Part shown: positions 1 through 9,443 of the stretch, one piece after another | How the letters are laid out: every line of letters begins with the position of its first letter | Position numbering within the stretch: the first letter of the stretch is position 1 | DNA from: an uncultured archaeon | GTDB lineage: Archaea > Thermoplasmatota > Thermoplasmata > Thermoplasmatales > Thermoplasmataceae | Assembly: GCA_000965745.1 (NCBI GenBank) | Contig: CP009479.1 | Span: 768,001-832,000 of the forward strand | Direction of reading: 5' to 3' | DNA length: 64,000 bases | Translations under genes and position numbers: made by a program | The notes under the pieces: generated by a model | What the model saw: the letters and a program-made list of their open reading frames with translations, nothing else | What the model was told of the DNA's origin: nothing | Databases searched by the model: none

Positions 1-101
1 CAGATTCCAGAGGACTTCAGGAGAGGTATCGGATTGATTTATGAACAATACTGCAAAGGCTATTACAGATTGGACGGTGAACACTGGGAAAAGGCGATAA
101 T

Positions 102-608
102 TCAGAAATATGAATCCTGAACTTCTTCAACATCCTTCTGTGTCCTGCATTCTGAATAATCGTTCAGAAGATTCAGGTTCATTTCAAGAAACGTTGGCCC
201 CCATTTGAACTTGGACATTATTTCGCTTGCCTCGTCCACAAGCCCCATTATGAACAATGCAGACGATACTGCCTCCGAAGAGCTGAGTTTGCCGGGCTTT
301 CCATAGTTGACGGGATTTGCAGGTACTAACACAGGAAGGAGCCTTTCCTCCTGCCCCCTTATGTCCTTAACCGAGTCAATCCTGTTCCAGGAACCTTCTA
401 TGATGCAGATCCCCTTTCTCCTGTACAGCTTCACGTCATCTCTGAGAAGGTACCTGTCGGCAAATGGAGTAAGCATAAGTGAACTCTTGCACCTCCTCAA
501 GTTTACACGTTCCGCCAGGTTGAACCTCTCCAGCTTTTTCATGGTGGATTTCTTGGGATCGTCCTGTCCCATGTAGACGAAGTAAACCTTTCGGGGTCTT
601 GGAATCAA
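102..608 (-). CDS. tsr3: 16S rRNA aminocarboxypropyltransferase Tsr3 (DUF367)
   Basis: QDDPKKST, EGSWN and LPVLVPANPVNYGKPGKLSSSEA...FKWGPTFL motifs typical of Tsr3. Confidence 0.93.
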   Translation of the reverse strand: MIPRPRKVYFVYMGQDDPKKSTMKKLERFNLAERVNLRRCKSSLMLTPFADRYLLRDDVKLYRRKGICIIEGSWNRIDSVKDIRGQEERLLPVLVPANPVNYGKPGKLSSSEAVSSALFIMGLVDEASEIMSKFKWGPTFLEMNLNLLNDYSECRTQKDVEEVQDSYF

Positions 609-714
609 ATTATATCATCACAACATGTTCTTGGGATTAATATCAGTACGTTGCTGAACAGGCTGTCAGACAACCTGACCGAAAGTAAAATAAAATGACT
701 TTTGTTATAGAATA

Positions 715-2337
715 ATGCATTATGTTGTGATAACAGGCGGAGTATTGTCAGGCCTGGGGAAGGGAACTATAACATCAAGCTTATCACACCTTTTGAAAAA
801 CAGCGGCCTTAAAGTCACTGCAATGAAAATTGATCCCTACATAAACTACGATGCCGGGACGATGAATCCATACCAGCACGGAGAGGTATTCGTGCTGGAC
901 GATGGAAGTGAAGTTGATCTGGACCTTGGAAACTATGAGAGGTTTCTGGATGTTGATTTGACCGGAAACAGCAACATAACTACCGGCAAAGTGTACAGGG
1001 AAGTCATTGAAAAGGAAAGAAGGGGCGAGTATCTTGGAAGCACTGTTCAGATTATACCGCATATTACCAACGAGATAAAGAGAAGAATCAGGGATGTTGC
1101 CAACAAGAGCGGGGCAGATATAGTTCTTATTGAAGTTGGAGGAACAGTGGGAGACATAGAGTCTATGCCTTTCCTGGAAGCCCTAAGGCAGCTGAAAAGG
1201 GAGGAAGGGGACAGATCAGTTCTGTTCGGCCACGTTACCCTTGTGCCTGAGATGGGCGCAGCAGGGGAACAGAAAACAAAGCCCACTCAGCACAGTGTAA
1301 AGGAACTGAGAGAGATCGGTATTCAACCGGACATACTTTTCTGCAGATCAAAATCGCCCCTCACACCAGATACCAAGAGAAGGCTATCACTTTTCACAGA
1401 CGTTCCAGAGGAAGGCATCGTAAGTGTAGTTGATGTAGCAAACGTTTATCTTCTTCCAGAACTGATGCAGTCCCAGGGAATCCTGAGATATGTTATTGAC
1501 CATTTTTCATTGAAGGGCCACAGTTTCAGGGAAGTGTGGAAAGATTACAAGTATAATATCAGGAACCCTTCGGAAAGGGTAACAATTGCAACAGTGGGAA
1601 AATACACCGAGCTTCAGGACGCATATATAAGCCATAAAGAAGCATTTTCACACGTTACAGGGAACAATGGAATCGCTGTTGACATTAAATGGGTCGATTC
1701 GGACACCCTTATTGAGAGTGATGAACTGCTCAAGGATGTGGATGGAATCCTGATCCCGGGAGGCTTCGGCTACAGGGGAGTTGAGGGCAAGATAAAGGCA
1801 GCAAAGTACTCAAGAGAAAATGATATTCCATTCCTTGGAATATGCCTCGGTTTTCAGGTTGCAGTGATTGAGGTTGCCAGAAACCTGCTCAATTACAAGG
1901 ATGCAAACAGCACGGAATTTGACCCTGCGACGGGCAACCCGGTAATAGATATTCTCCCTGAGCAGAAGGGCATAAAAGACATGGGAGGAACAATGAGGCT
2001 CGGCTCAAAAAAAGTACTAATCAAGGAAAACACTCTTGCAAGCAAGATTTATGGGTCCCGGGAGATATGGGAAAGACACAGGCACAGATTTGAAGTAAAC
2101 CCTGATTATATTGATGCGTTGACCAGCAAAGGGGCAGTATTCTCCGGTGTAGATGATGAAGGGATAAGGATGGAGGTGCTTGAATTCAACGACAGGGAAA
2201 ACGCGATAGCAACCCAGTATCATAGCGAATTCAAGTCCAGGCCCCTCTCACCATCAAGGGTGCATACGCACCTTGTAGAGCACGCCCTGCAGTACAAGCT
2301 GAAGAGGATAGGTGGTATTAGTGAAAGAAGTGCTTGA
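715..2337 (+). CDS. pyrG: CTP synthase
   Basis: [31 protein letters not shown], glutaminase GICLG and HSEF motifs; 540 aa. Confidence 0.98.
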   Translation: MHYVVITGGVLSGLGKGTITSSLSHLLKNSGLKVTAMKIDPYINYDAGTMNPYQHGEVFVLDDGSEVDLDLGNYERFLDVDLTGNSNITTGKVYREVIEKERRGEYLGSTVQIIPHITNEIKRRIRDVANKSGADIVLIEVGGTVGDIESMPFLEALRQLKREEGDRSVLFGHVTLVPEMGAAGEQKTKPTQHSVKELREIGIQPDILFCRSKSPLTPDTKRRLSLFTDVPEEGIVSVVDVANVYLLPELMQSQGILRYVIDHFSLKGHSFREVWKDYKYNIRNPSERVTIATVGKYTELQDAYISHKEAFSHVTGNNGIAVDIKWVDSDTLIESDELLKDVDGILIPGGFGYRGVEGKIKAAKYSRENDIPFLGICLGFQVAVIEVARNLLNYKDANSTEFDPATGNPVIDILPEQKGIKDMGGTMRLGSKKVLIKENTLASKIYGSREIWERHRHRFEVNPDYIDALTSKGAVFSGVDDEGIRMEVLEFNDRENAIATQYHSEFKSRPLSPSRVHTHLVEHALQYKLKRIGGISERSA

Positions 2338-2650
2338 TAATCTTGTTGAAAAAGTAAATAAAAGAATAGCTGATGATGAGAAATACAAGAAAAAGCTGAA
2401 TGATGTCGTAAAGACTGTTCTAGTTCAGTTTGATCAGGACAAGTTCTACAACTTCAAACTCGACAAAGGCCAGATTTCTCCGGTGTCCAAGGGAGAAGTA
2501 GAGGCGGACATAAGGATTCAGGTGCCTTTCGAAACGTTCAACAAGATAATGAACAAAGAGACTGACGCCCTCACCGCATATTTTGAGAAAAAGTTACAGA
2601 TAAAAGCCTCTCTTATGGACAAGCTGCTTCTGCAAGATCTGCTGAAATGA
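2321..2650 (+). CDS. SCP2 sterol/lipid-binding domain protein
   Basis: About 110 aa with the SCP2-like pattern [32 protein letters not shown] 2321 follows GGTGG (alternative start 2312). Overlaps the pyrG end and polC start. Confidence 0.72.
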   Translation: MKEVLDNLVEKVNKRIADDEKYKKKLNDVVKTVLVQFDQDKFYNFKLDKGQISPVSKGEVEADIRIQVPFETFNKIMNKETDALTAYFEKKLQIKASLMDKLLLQDLLK

Positions 2651-5600
2651 TAACCCTTAAAGACAGGACGGACAAGTATTCGGGTGAACTGGAACGGGAT
2701 GTCAGGGCATGCTATGATCTCGCAAGCAGGGTCCGTTCCCAGGGGAAGGATGTTGTAGACAGGGTGGAGATCCCTCTTGCTACGGATATGGCTGACAGAA
2801 TTGAGGAACTTATCGGGATAAGCGGTGTTGCCGGAAAGATAAGGGAATTGAGCCAGACACTATCCAGGGAAGAAATTTCAATTGATATATCCCGCAAAGT
2901 GGCAGAAATGTACCAGGACAAGGGGAAGATCTTTGCCCTGGACAAAGCTGTGAGGGTTGGCCTGGCCATACTTACAGAAGGAATCCTTGTCGCGCCTCTT
3001 GAGGGAATCTCAAAGGTCGCTATTGAGTACAACAACGACGGGTCTGATTACGTTTCTGTACTGTACGCTGGCCCCATAAGAGGAGCAGGCGGCACAGCCC
3101 AGGCAATGAGCGTACTCATAGCGGACATAGTCAGAAGGGACCTTGGAATTCAGAAATACATTCCAACTGAGGACGAGATTGAAAGGTACATTGAAGAGAT
3201 TCAGGCTTACAACAGGGTAAAGCACCTGCAATATCTCCCGTCACCCGAAGAGATACGCCTGATTATCAGGAATTCCCCTATATGCATTGATGGAGAGGGG
3301 AGCGAAGAGGAAGAAGTTTCAGGACACCGGGACATGGAAAGAGTAAAGACAAACCGAATAAGGGGTGGGATGTGCCTTGTTCTCGGCGAGGGGCTCATCC
3401 AGAAATACAGGAAAATCCTGAAACACACTAAACAGCTCAATCTTACGGACTGGAATTTCCTTGAGGACCTCGACTCAAAAAAAGCATCGGAAGGCAGCGA
3501 AAATAAGGCATCCAACAAGAAATCGGAGAAATTCTTGAATGATCTAGTAGCCGGAAGGCCCGTGTTCAGCCATCCAGGGAGACCAGGGGGGTTCAGGCTG
3601 AGATACGGGCGGTCAAGGGTATCCGGCCTTGCAGCATCTTCTATGAATCCTGCCACAATGTATGTTCTCGGGGGGTTCATCGCCATAGGCTCACAGCTGA
3701 AAATCGAGCTCCCGGGAAAGGCGGCAGCCATCACACCATGCGATCAGATCGAGGGTCCGACCGTACTCCTGAAGGACGGCTCACTTGAGCGGATCGACAC
3801 TGTCGAAAGAGCCAAGGAGGTCGCTGGCCAGATTGACACGATAACGGACGTCGGTGAGATACTCATCTCCTACGGGGATTTTATTGAAAACAACTACAAC
3901 CTGGTCCCATCATCATTCACGGCTGAATGGTGGGTGGAATACCTGAAAGGAAAGCCAGAACTTGAAAAATACTATAATGTGACGCCTGACCAGTTTGAGG
4001 CGGTTGAAATCTCAAGGAAATACGGCTTGCCCCTGCATCCTGATTATGATTACCTTTGGCACGATATTTCTGCCGAGGAGTTCAAGCATCTGCGAGAGGA
4101 AGTTAAAAAAGGATCTGTGTCTGATTCTGGCCTTGAGATAAGGCACACAGAAGAGCTCTCTTCTATACTGGTGAAGCTCGCCAGGCAGTACAGAAAGGAA
4201 AATGATACAGTCGTTATTCGGGATTACTATCCGCTGGTGGCAACCCTTGGTCTTAGGGTGGAAGGTTCATCAGTAATGGGAGAGGACATGGAAATTTCTG
4301 GAGAAGTCATGGATATAATAAACAGAGTTTCCGGAATGATCATAAAACCAAGGGCACCAACGAGGGTTGGTGCAAGGCTCGGGCGGCCGGAAAAAGCTGG
4401 CGACCGGAAAATGAAGCCCAAAGTGCACTCCCTGTTTCCAATTGAAAGCTGGGGCGACGTAAGGAGATCAATTCTTAACGCAGTGAAAAACAAGCCGGAA
4501 TATCAGGTGGAAGTGGCATCAAGGGAATGCCAGACGTGCGGAAGTGAACTCCCTGTTCCGGTATGCCCAAAATGTGGTGGCCATACATTGATGAAAGGGA
4601 CCACCAAAAAGCTGACAGTCAACCTGAAGGCAATACTGAAGAGGGCTGAGGACACAACAGGGCTTCACGCAGACGAATTGAAGGAATTCAAGGGCGTCAA
4701 GAAACTGATGTCACGGAACAAAGTGGCCGAACCTCTCGAAAAGGGAATGTTCAGGTCGCTGCATGATGTATCCACGAACAAGGATGGAACTTGCAGATAC
4801 GATATGACGGATATCCCCGTGACGCATTTCAGGGCAGAGGAGATTGGAGCATCCAGGGAGAAGCTGATCTCACTTGGTTATGACGATAAAGAAATCAACG
4901 AGATCTTTACACAGGACATCATAATCCCAAAAGACTCCGCGGAGTACCTTCTCAACGTTTCAAAATACATAGACGACCTTCTGATGAAGTACTACAATGT
5001 TGAACCATTCTATAAGTGCGAAACTAAGGAAGATCTGATTGGGCACCTCGTAATAGGGCTCGCACCGCACACTTCAGGTGGAATTGTAGGCAGGATCATC
5101 GGATTCTCAGGCGCAAGCGGGTGCTATGCACACCCGTTCTTTCATGCTGCAAAAAGGAGAAACTGTGATGGCGATGAGGACAGCATTATGCTGCTCATGG
5201 ACGGGTTGCTTAACTTCTCAATGGAATACCTTCCCTCCACAACCGGGGGGCTCATGGACGCACCACTCGTCCTCTCCCTGAAGATAAACCCAGAGGAAGT
5301 TGACAAGGAAGCCATGAACCTTGATACTTTGTGGAAATACCCTCTGGAATTCTATGAAGCCACGGAGAAATCCACTCCCGCGTCTGAGCTCGAGGATATG
5401 ATGAAGACGATCAAGGTGAAGATCAAGACCGAGAACACCTACTTGGGTACAGGATTCACCTTTGACACAAAGGACATCAGTGAAGGGGTCCCGGTATCAT
5501 CGTACAAGACAATTGGCTCGATGGAGGAAAAGATTGACACGCAGCTTTCCCTTGCACGGATAATACGGGCGGTTGATCACGACGATGTTGCGGCAAGAGT

Positions 5601-5934
5601 GCTTTCATCGCACTTCCTGCCTGACATGTACGGAAATTTCCGGAAGTTCTTCTCCCAGGAGTTCAGGTGTACGAAGTGCAACACAAAGTACAGGAGAATA
5701 CCACTCTCAGGAAAATGCCAGAAGTGCGGGAAGGAAGGGCTGATATTGACCATCCACAGGGGAAGCATCGTCAAGTACCTCAATTCGACCGTAAAAGTTT
5801 CCAGGGAGTTCGCCCTGCCATGGTACCTTCAGGTCAGGATTGAAAACCTCGTAAACACAATAGAGGGTACATTTGCTGTTAAGGAAGAGGAAAAGAAAGT
5901 TGTGCTTGAATCATATTGGGGTGAGGAAGAATGA
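2647..5934 (+). CDS. polC: DNA polymerase D large subunit DP2
   Basis: TEGILVAPLEGI, GPIRGAGGTAQA, GGFRLRYGRSR, catalytic FHAAKRRNCDGDED, C-terminal Zn fingers; no intein evident. Confidence 0.98.
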   Translation: MITLKDRTDKYSGELERDVRACYDLASRVRSQGKDVVDRVEIPLATDMADRIEELIGISGVAGKIRELSQTLSREEISIDISRKVAEMYQDKGKIFALDKAVRVGLAILTEGILVAPLEGISKVAIEYNNDGSDYVSVLYAGPIRGAGGTAQAMSVLIADIVRRDLGIQKYIPTEDEIERYIEEIQAYNRVKHLQYLPSPEEIRLIIRNSPICIDGEGSEEEEVSGHRDMERVKTNRIRGGMCLVLGEGLIQKYRKILKHTKQLNLTDWNFLEDLDSKKASEGSENKASNKKSEKFLNDLVAGRPVFSHPGRPGGFRLRYGRSRVSGLAASSMNPATMYVLGGFIAIGSQLKIELPGKAAAITPCDQIEGPTVLLKDGSLERIDTVERAKEVAGQIDTITDVGEILISYGDFIENNYNLVPSSFTAEWWVEYLKGKPELEKYYNVTPDQFEAVEISRKYGLPLHPDYDYLWHDISAEEFKHLREEVKKGSVSDSGLEIRHTEELSSILVKLARQYRKENDTVVIRDYYPLVATLGLRVEGSSVMGEDMEISGEVMDIINRVSGMIIKPRAPTRVGARLGRPEKAGDRKMKPKVHSLFPIESWGDVRRSILNAVKNKPEYQVEVASRECQTCGSELPVPVCPKCGGHTLMKGTTKKLTVNLKAILKRAEDTTGLHADELKEFKGVKKLMSRNKVAEPLEKGMFRSLHDVSTNKDGTCRYDMTDIPVTHFRAEEIGASREKLISLGYDDKEINEIFTQDIIIPKDSAEYLLNVSKYIDDLLMKYYNVEPFYKCETKEDLIGHLVIGLAPHTSGGIVGRIIGFSGASGCYAHPFFHAAKRRNCDGDEDSIMLLMDGLLNFSMEYLPSTTGGLMDAPLVLSLKINPEEVDKEAMNLDTLWKYPLEFYEATEKSTPASELEDMMKTIKVKIKTENTYLGTGFTFDTKDISEGVPVSSYKTIGSMEEKIDTQLSLARIIRAVDHDDVAARVLSSHFLPDMYGNFRKFFSQEFRCTKCNTKYRRIPLSGKCQKCGKEGLILTIHRGSIVKYLNSTVKVSREFALPWYLQVRIENLVNTIEGTFAVKEEEKKVVLESYWGEEE

Positions 5935-6710
5935 TAGGATCACTTTTTGTTACGGGACCCGCAGGAACAGGAAAATCGACCTTTTGCGCATCTATGAAGG
6001 AATGGCTCATAAAGAACGGCTATGACGCCGCAGTATTCAATCTGGACCCTGGTGCCGAATTCATACCATACGAGTCTGAATTTGACATAAGGGAAATGAT
6101 CTCCCTAGAACAGATAATGTCTGAATACAACCTTGGGCCAAATGGGGCGCAGATAGTCGCGGCCGATCTGCTTCTCGAGAACCTTTCAAGGATTGAGTCG
6201 ATAGTAGAGCAGTTTCAGGATTATTACGTAATATTCGACACTCCAGGCCAGATAGAGCTTTTCACCTTCAGGCATGGGGGGCCAATTCTCGTGGACAAGC
6301 TATCATCAGGAAAAGCGATGCTTGCTTTCGTGGCAGATTCTGTCCTGGCATCCTCACCATCAGGATACATATCACAGAAAATGCTCTTTGCATCTGTTAT
6401 GAGCAGGTTCTACAAACCAATGCTTTTTGTCCTGAACAAAACCGATCTGGTACTGGAATCTGACGTAGAGAACATGATCCGGTGGGAAGCTGACACCGAA
6501 CTGCTTAAGGACGCATTCCTTGAGGAGAAGCAGGACATGGTGAAGGACTACTTCTCGTCAATACTGGATGCTTTCAGGGATAGCGACATGCTGACGAGAC
6601 TTTTTCCGGTCTCATCCAGGGACCTCACAGGATTTGAGGACATTTACTCGGAAATGTCCATGTTCTTCAAGGGCGGGGAAGACGTCGATACAGCCTACAG
6701 AGACGACTGA
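5931..6710 (+). CDS. GPN-loop GTPase
   Basis: Walker A GPAGTGKST, NLDPG, LGPNGA (GPN loop), DTPGQIE, NKTD; ATGA overlap with polC. Confidence 0.93.
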   Translation: MIGSLFVTGPAGTGKSTFCASMKEWLIKNGYDAAVFNLDPGAEFIPYESEFDIREMISLEQIMSEYNLGPNGAQIVAADLLLENLSRIESIVEQFQDYYVIFDTPGQIELFTFRHGGPILVDKLSSGKAMLAFVADSVLASSPSGYISQKMLFASVMSRFYKPMLFVLNKTDLVLESDVENMIRWEADTELLKDAFLEEKQDMVKDYFSSILDAFRDSDMLTRLFPVSSRDLTGFEDIYSEMSMFFKGGEDVDTAYRDD

Positions 6711-6877
6711 ATCATCTATGAAATCCGTATTCATAATATTCTATGCACATTAAAAAAAAGAGGCTAACCCCATTCATATTCTTCCTTTTAAAGCTGTCAC
6801 AGGTTATATTTAAAACAGTGTCAGCCAGCTTGTCTGCTCCAAAAAACGTTTTAATAGAGCCCCGATGAGAGTTGCAC

Positions 6878-7087
6878 ATGACAGCCAAACACCACTGCTT
6901 AATTTGCACATCCCTGATTTATTCTGGCATGTATTGCTCAGGCTGTTATAGGGAGATACTCCGCACCAGAACAATAGATGACGAAAGCTTCGAGGAATGG
7001 CTCTCCAGGAAAAGGGAGTTCCGGATAAGCTTTGAGAGAATGTCTGTTTCCAACAACAGCCAGCTGGAAGATTTCTTCAAAGCCTGA
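6878..7087 (+). CDS. Small putative zinc-finger protein (CxxC-x9-CxxC)
   Basis: 69-aa ORF with CLIC-x9-CSGC and a charged helical tail; TATA-like TTTTAATA at 6849-6856. Confidence 0.55.
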   Translation: MTAKHHCLICTSLIYSGMYCSGCYREILRTRTIDDESFEEWLSRKREFRISFERMSVSNNSQLEDFFKA

Positions 7088-7164
7088 ATTGCACACGGAA
7101 CCCGATTTTATCGCATTTTGACAAAATATTTAAACCAGAAGTTAATAATCTAACAGGTGAAAAA

Positions 7165-7779
7165 ATGGCAGAAGACTGGCAAGCAAAAGACAAGTTGAAA
7201 CCAAAAGGACTCGACGGAATTTCTGACCAGCAGGTTGAGTACCATTTTGAGACACACTATAAGGGCTATGTTAAGAAGCTGAACGAAATCTGGGAGAAGC
7301 TCCCTGGAGCAGACAGGAGCAAGGCAAACCAGAATTACAGCGAATTCAGGGCACTTAAGCTTGAAGAGACCTTCAATTACGACGGCGCACTTCTTCATGA
7401 GATCTACTTCGGAAACCTTACCAGTGAGCACACACAGGTTCCGGAATCACTTAAGAAGCAGATAGAGAAGGATTTCGGCTCCTATGAGAATTGGGTGGAA
7501 GATTTCAAGGCAACCGGAACTGCTTTCAGGGGCTGGGCTCTCCTCGTTTTCGATCTCAACACTGGTAAGCTCAGGAACATAGGGGCAGATATCCACAACA
7601 CAAACGGAATCTGGAATGCCATAGTGATCATGGCGCTGGATGTCTACGAGCATGCCTACTACGTTGACTATGGGCCCAAGAGAGCACCATATCTCGATGC
7701 CTTCCTCAAGAACGTAAACTGGAAGGACGCAGAAAAAATGCTTGAAAAAGCTCACAAGATGTACGAGATTTTCAAGTAA
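7165..7779 (+). CDS. sod: Fe/Mn superoxide dismutase
   Basis: YHFETHYKGY, LHEIYF, DVYEHAYY metal-ligand motifs; AGGTGA RBS. Confidence 0.97.
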   Translation: MAEDWQAKDKLKPKGLDGISDQQVEYHFETHYKGYVKKLNEIWEKLPGADRSKANQNYSEFRALKLEETFNYDGALLHEIYFGNLTSEHTQVPESLKKQIEKDFGSYENWVEDFKATGTAFRGWALLVFDLNTGKLRNIGADIHNTNGIWNAIVIMALDVYEHAYYVDYGPKRAPYLDAFLKNVNWKDAEKMLEKAHKMYEIFK

Positions 7780-7788
7780 ACCCACCAA

Positions 7789-7804
7789 TTTTTTTTCTTT
7801 TTTT
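7789..7804 (+). terminator. Oligo-T archaeal terminator after sod
   Basis: TTTTTTTTCTTTTTTT about 10 nt after the sod stop. Confidence 0.6.
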
Positions 7805-7837
7805 GCTGTCTGAATATATTTTTAAGCTGCTGCCAGG

Positions 7838-8188
7838 TCAGTTCCCGTCCGGAGACCATATTATTCCAAGAACGCCGCCGACCAGGCCGAGTATCAGCCC
7901 TATGAAGAAGCCCCCAAGTGAACCGAATATGCTTATGAGTGAAAACACAAGCACAAGTGTTCCCCAGAGTGCGTGCTGCTGCGGCCTGTTGTAGATCATT
8001 ATGGCACTGATTATTATGATGATTCCCCATAGTACCCCGAAAGTACCGAATATTCCACCTATTCCTCCTATATGGAGTGTAACAACTGCACCGGCAAGCG
8101 CTATGATGAATCCTACCAGAAGTATGATTATTCCTGCTATAAGTGAGAAAACGAACGAGGCTACGGGCCTGGGGACGCTGTACGCCAT
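7838..8188 (-). CDS. Small Gly-rich 4-TM membrane protein (DUF6114/DUF4064-like)
   Basis: Four hydrophobic segments ending GGFFIGLILGLVGGVLGIIW; start placed at MAYSV (8188), ORF extends to 8218. Confidence 0.7.
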   Translation of the reverse strand: MAYSVPRPVASFVFSLIAGIIILLVGFIIALAGAVVTLHIGGIGGIFGTFGVLWGIIIIISAIMIYNRPQQHALWGTLVLVFSLISIFGSLGGFFIGLILGLVGGVLGIIWSPDGN

Positions 8189-8323
8189 ATTGATATACCC
8201 CATCAGCGTATTTATCATTTATCCGTGGATGTTAACCCGCCAATGAGGCGGAATTCCGGAATAAGTTTTCAGAACATGAAAAATGGAGCCTGTGAAATAA
8301 TCGGTGTGATGTTGCAGAACTTC

Positions 8324-8343
8324 TATATACGTCGTGGTATATA
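8324..8343. promoter_or_regulatory. 7-bp inverted repeat (TATATAC-N6-GTATATA) over the adh promoter
   Basis: Perfect inverted repeat about 18-37 nt upstream of the TTG start at 8361. Confidence 0.35.
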
Positions 8344-8360
8344 TTAACACGGGTGCTATT

Positions 8361-9395
8361 TTGAGAGCAGTCAGGCTGGAAGATTATGGTAAGAATGTTG
8401 TCGTCAGGGAAGTGCCCGAACCGGCTGTGGAACGGAATGACGATGTAGTCGTAAAAGTACAGGCAGCGGGTGTCTGCAGGACAGATCTCCACATCATCGG
8501 CGGAATGATGAAAGAAGCAACGGGCAATCCCGGGCTTCCGTTCACATTGGGGCATGAGAATGTGGGAACGGTCCATGCCAGGGGCAGCGGAGTAAGCGGG
8601 CTGGAACTTGGGGACCAGGTCATTTTGCATCCCCAGATCAGCTGTGGAATATGCCTCCCCTGCAGAAACGGAGACGACATGCATTGCGTGCATTCCAGAT
8701 CCCCGGGGCTGGATGGAACAGATGGAGGCTTCGCGGAGTATGTGAAGGCTTCGGAAAGATCGGTTGTCAAGCTCAAGAAAGGCACTGATCCGGTTGAAGT
8801 CGCACCACTAGCAGATGCAGGAGTGACAGTTTATCATGCAGTACGGAAAATACTTCCTTATGCCAGGCCGGATTCATATATAGCAGTCATAGGCCTGGGG
8901 GCGCTGGGCCAGATTGCGGTCCAGCTCCTGAAGAACATGACGAATTCAAACATAATAGGGATTGACAAATCGGAACAAAAGCTTGGAATGGCTGAAAAAC
9001 TGGGGGCGAACTGGGTTTTCCCTTCAGGCGATGATGGTGGCGTGAAAGAAGCGTTGAAGGTGACAGGCGCAAAAGGTGCAGACATTGTAATGGATTTTGT
9101 GGGTGAGAACAACACACCAGCGAGTGCTTTATCCATGATCGGCAGAGGGGGAATATATTCAGTAGTTGGCTATGGGGGCGAAATCAACCTCAAGACCCTT
9201 CAACTCGTTGGAATGGAGCTTTCTGTGCTGGGAAACCTCGTGGGAACATACAGGGACTTGGTAGACCTCATGTCCCTATATTATCAGGGTAAGGTGAAAA
9301 TCGAGACCAGAACATTCTCCCTTGATGATGCATCAACGGCACTTTCCGAACTCTCTAGGGGAGAAATAAGAGGCAGGGCTGTCCTTTTGCCCTGA
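8361..9395 (+). CDS. Zn-dependent NAD(+) alcohol dehydrogenase (MDR family)
   Basis: GVCRTDLH, GHE, structural Zn CGICLPC...C, Asp third ligand (LADAG), GLGALG Rossmann motif; TTG start after GGGTG. Confidence 0.93.
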   Translation: MRAVRLEDYGKNVVVREVPEPAVERNDDVVVKVQAAGVCRTDLHIIGGMMKEATGNPGLPFTLGHENVGTVHARGSGVSGLELGDQVILHPQISCGICLPCRNGDDMHCVHSRSPGLDGTDGGFAEYVKASERSVVKLKKGTDPVEVAPLADAGVTVYHAVRKILPYARPDSYIAVIGLGALGQIAVQLLKNMTNSNIIGIDKSEQKLGMAEKLGANWVFPSGDDGGVKEALKVTGAKGADIVMDFVGENNTPASALSMIGRGGIYSVVGYGGEINLKTLQLVGMELSVLGNLVGTYRDLVDLMSLYYQGKVKIETRTFSLDDASTALSELSRGEIRGRAVLLP

Positions 9396-9443
9396 AGTTT
9401 CTGGCTAAAACGCATAGAATAGGAGGCGGTTGTCGCAGAAAGG

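Noticed and set aside
1-120. Possible 3' end of a + strand gene at the window edge
   Set aside because: Frame 1 is open to 120 and frame 3 to 44, but there is too little sequence to choose a frame or product
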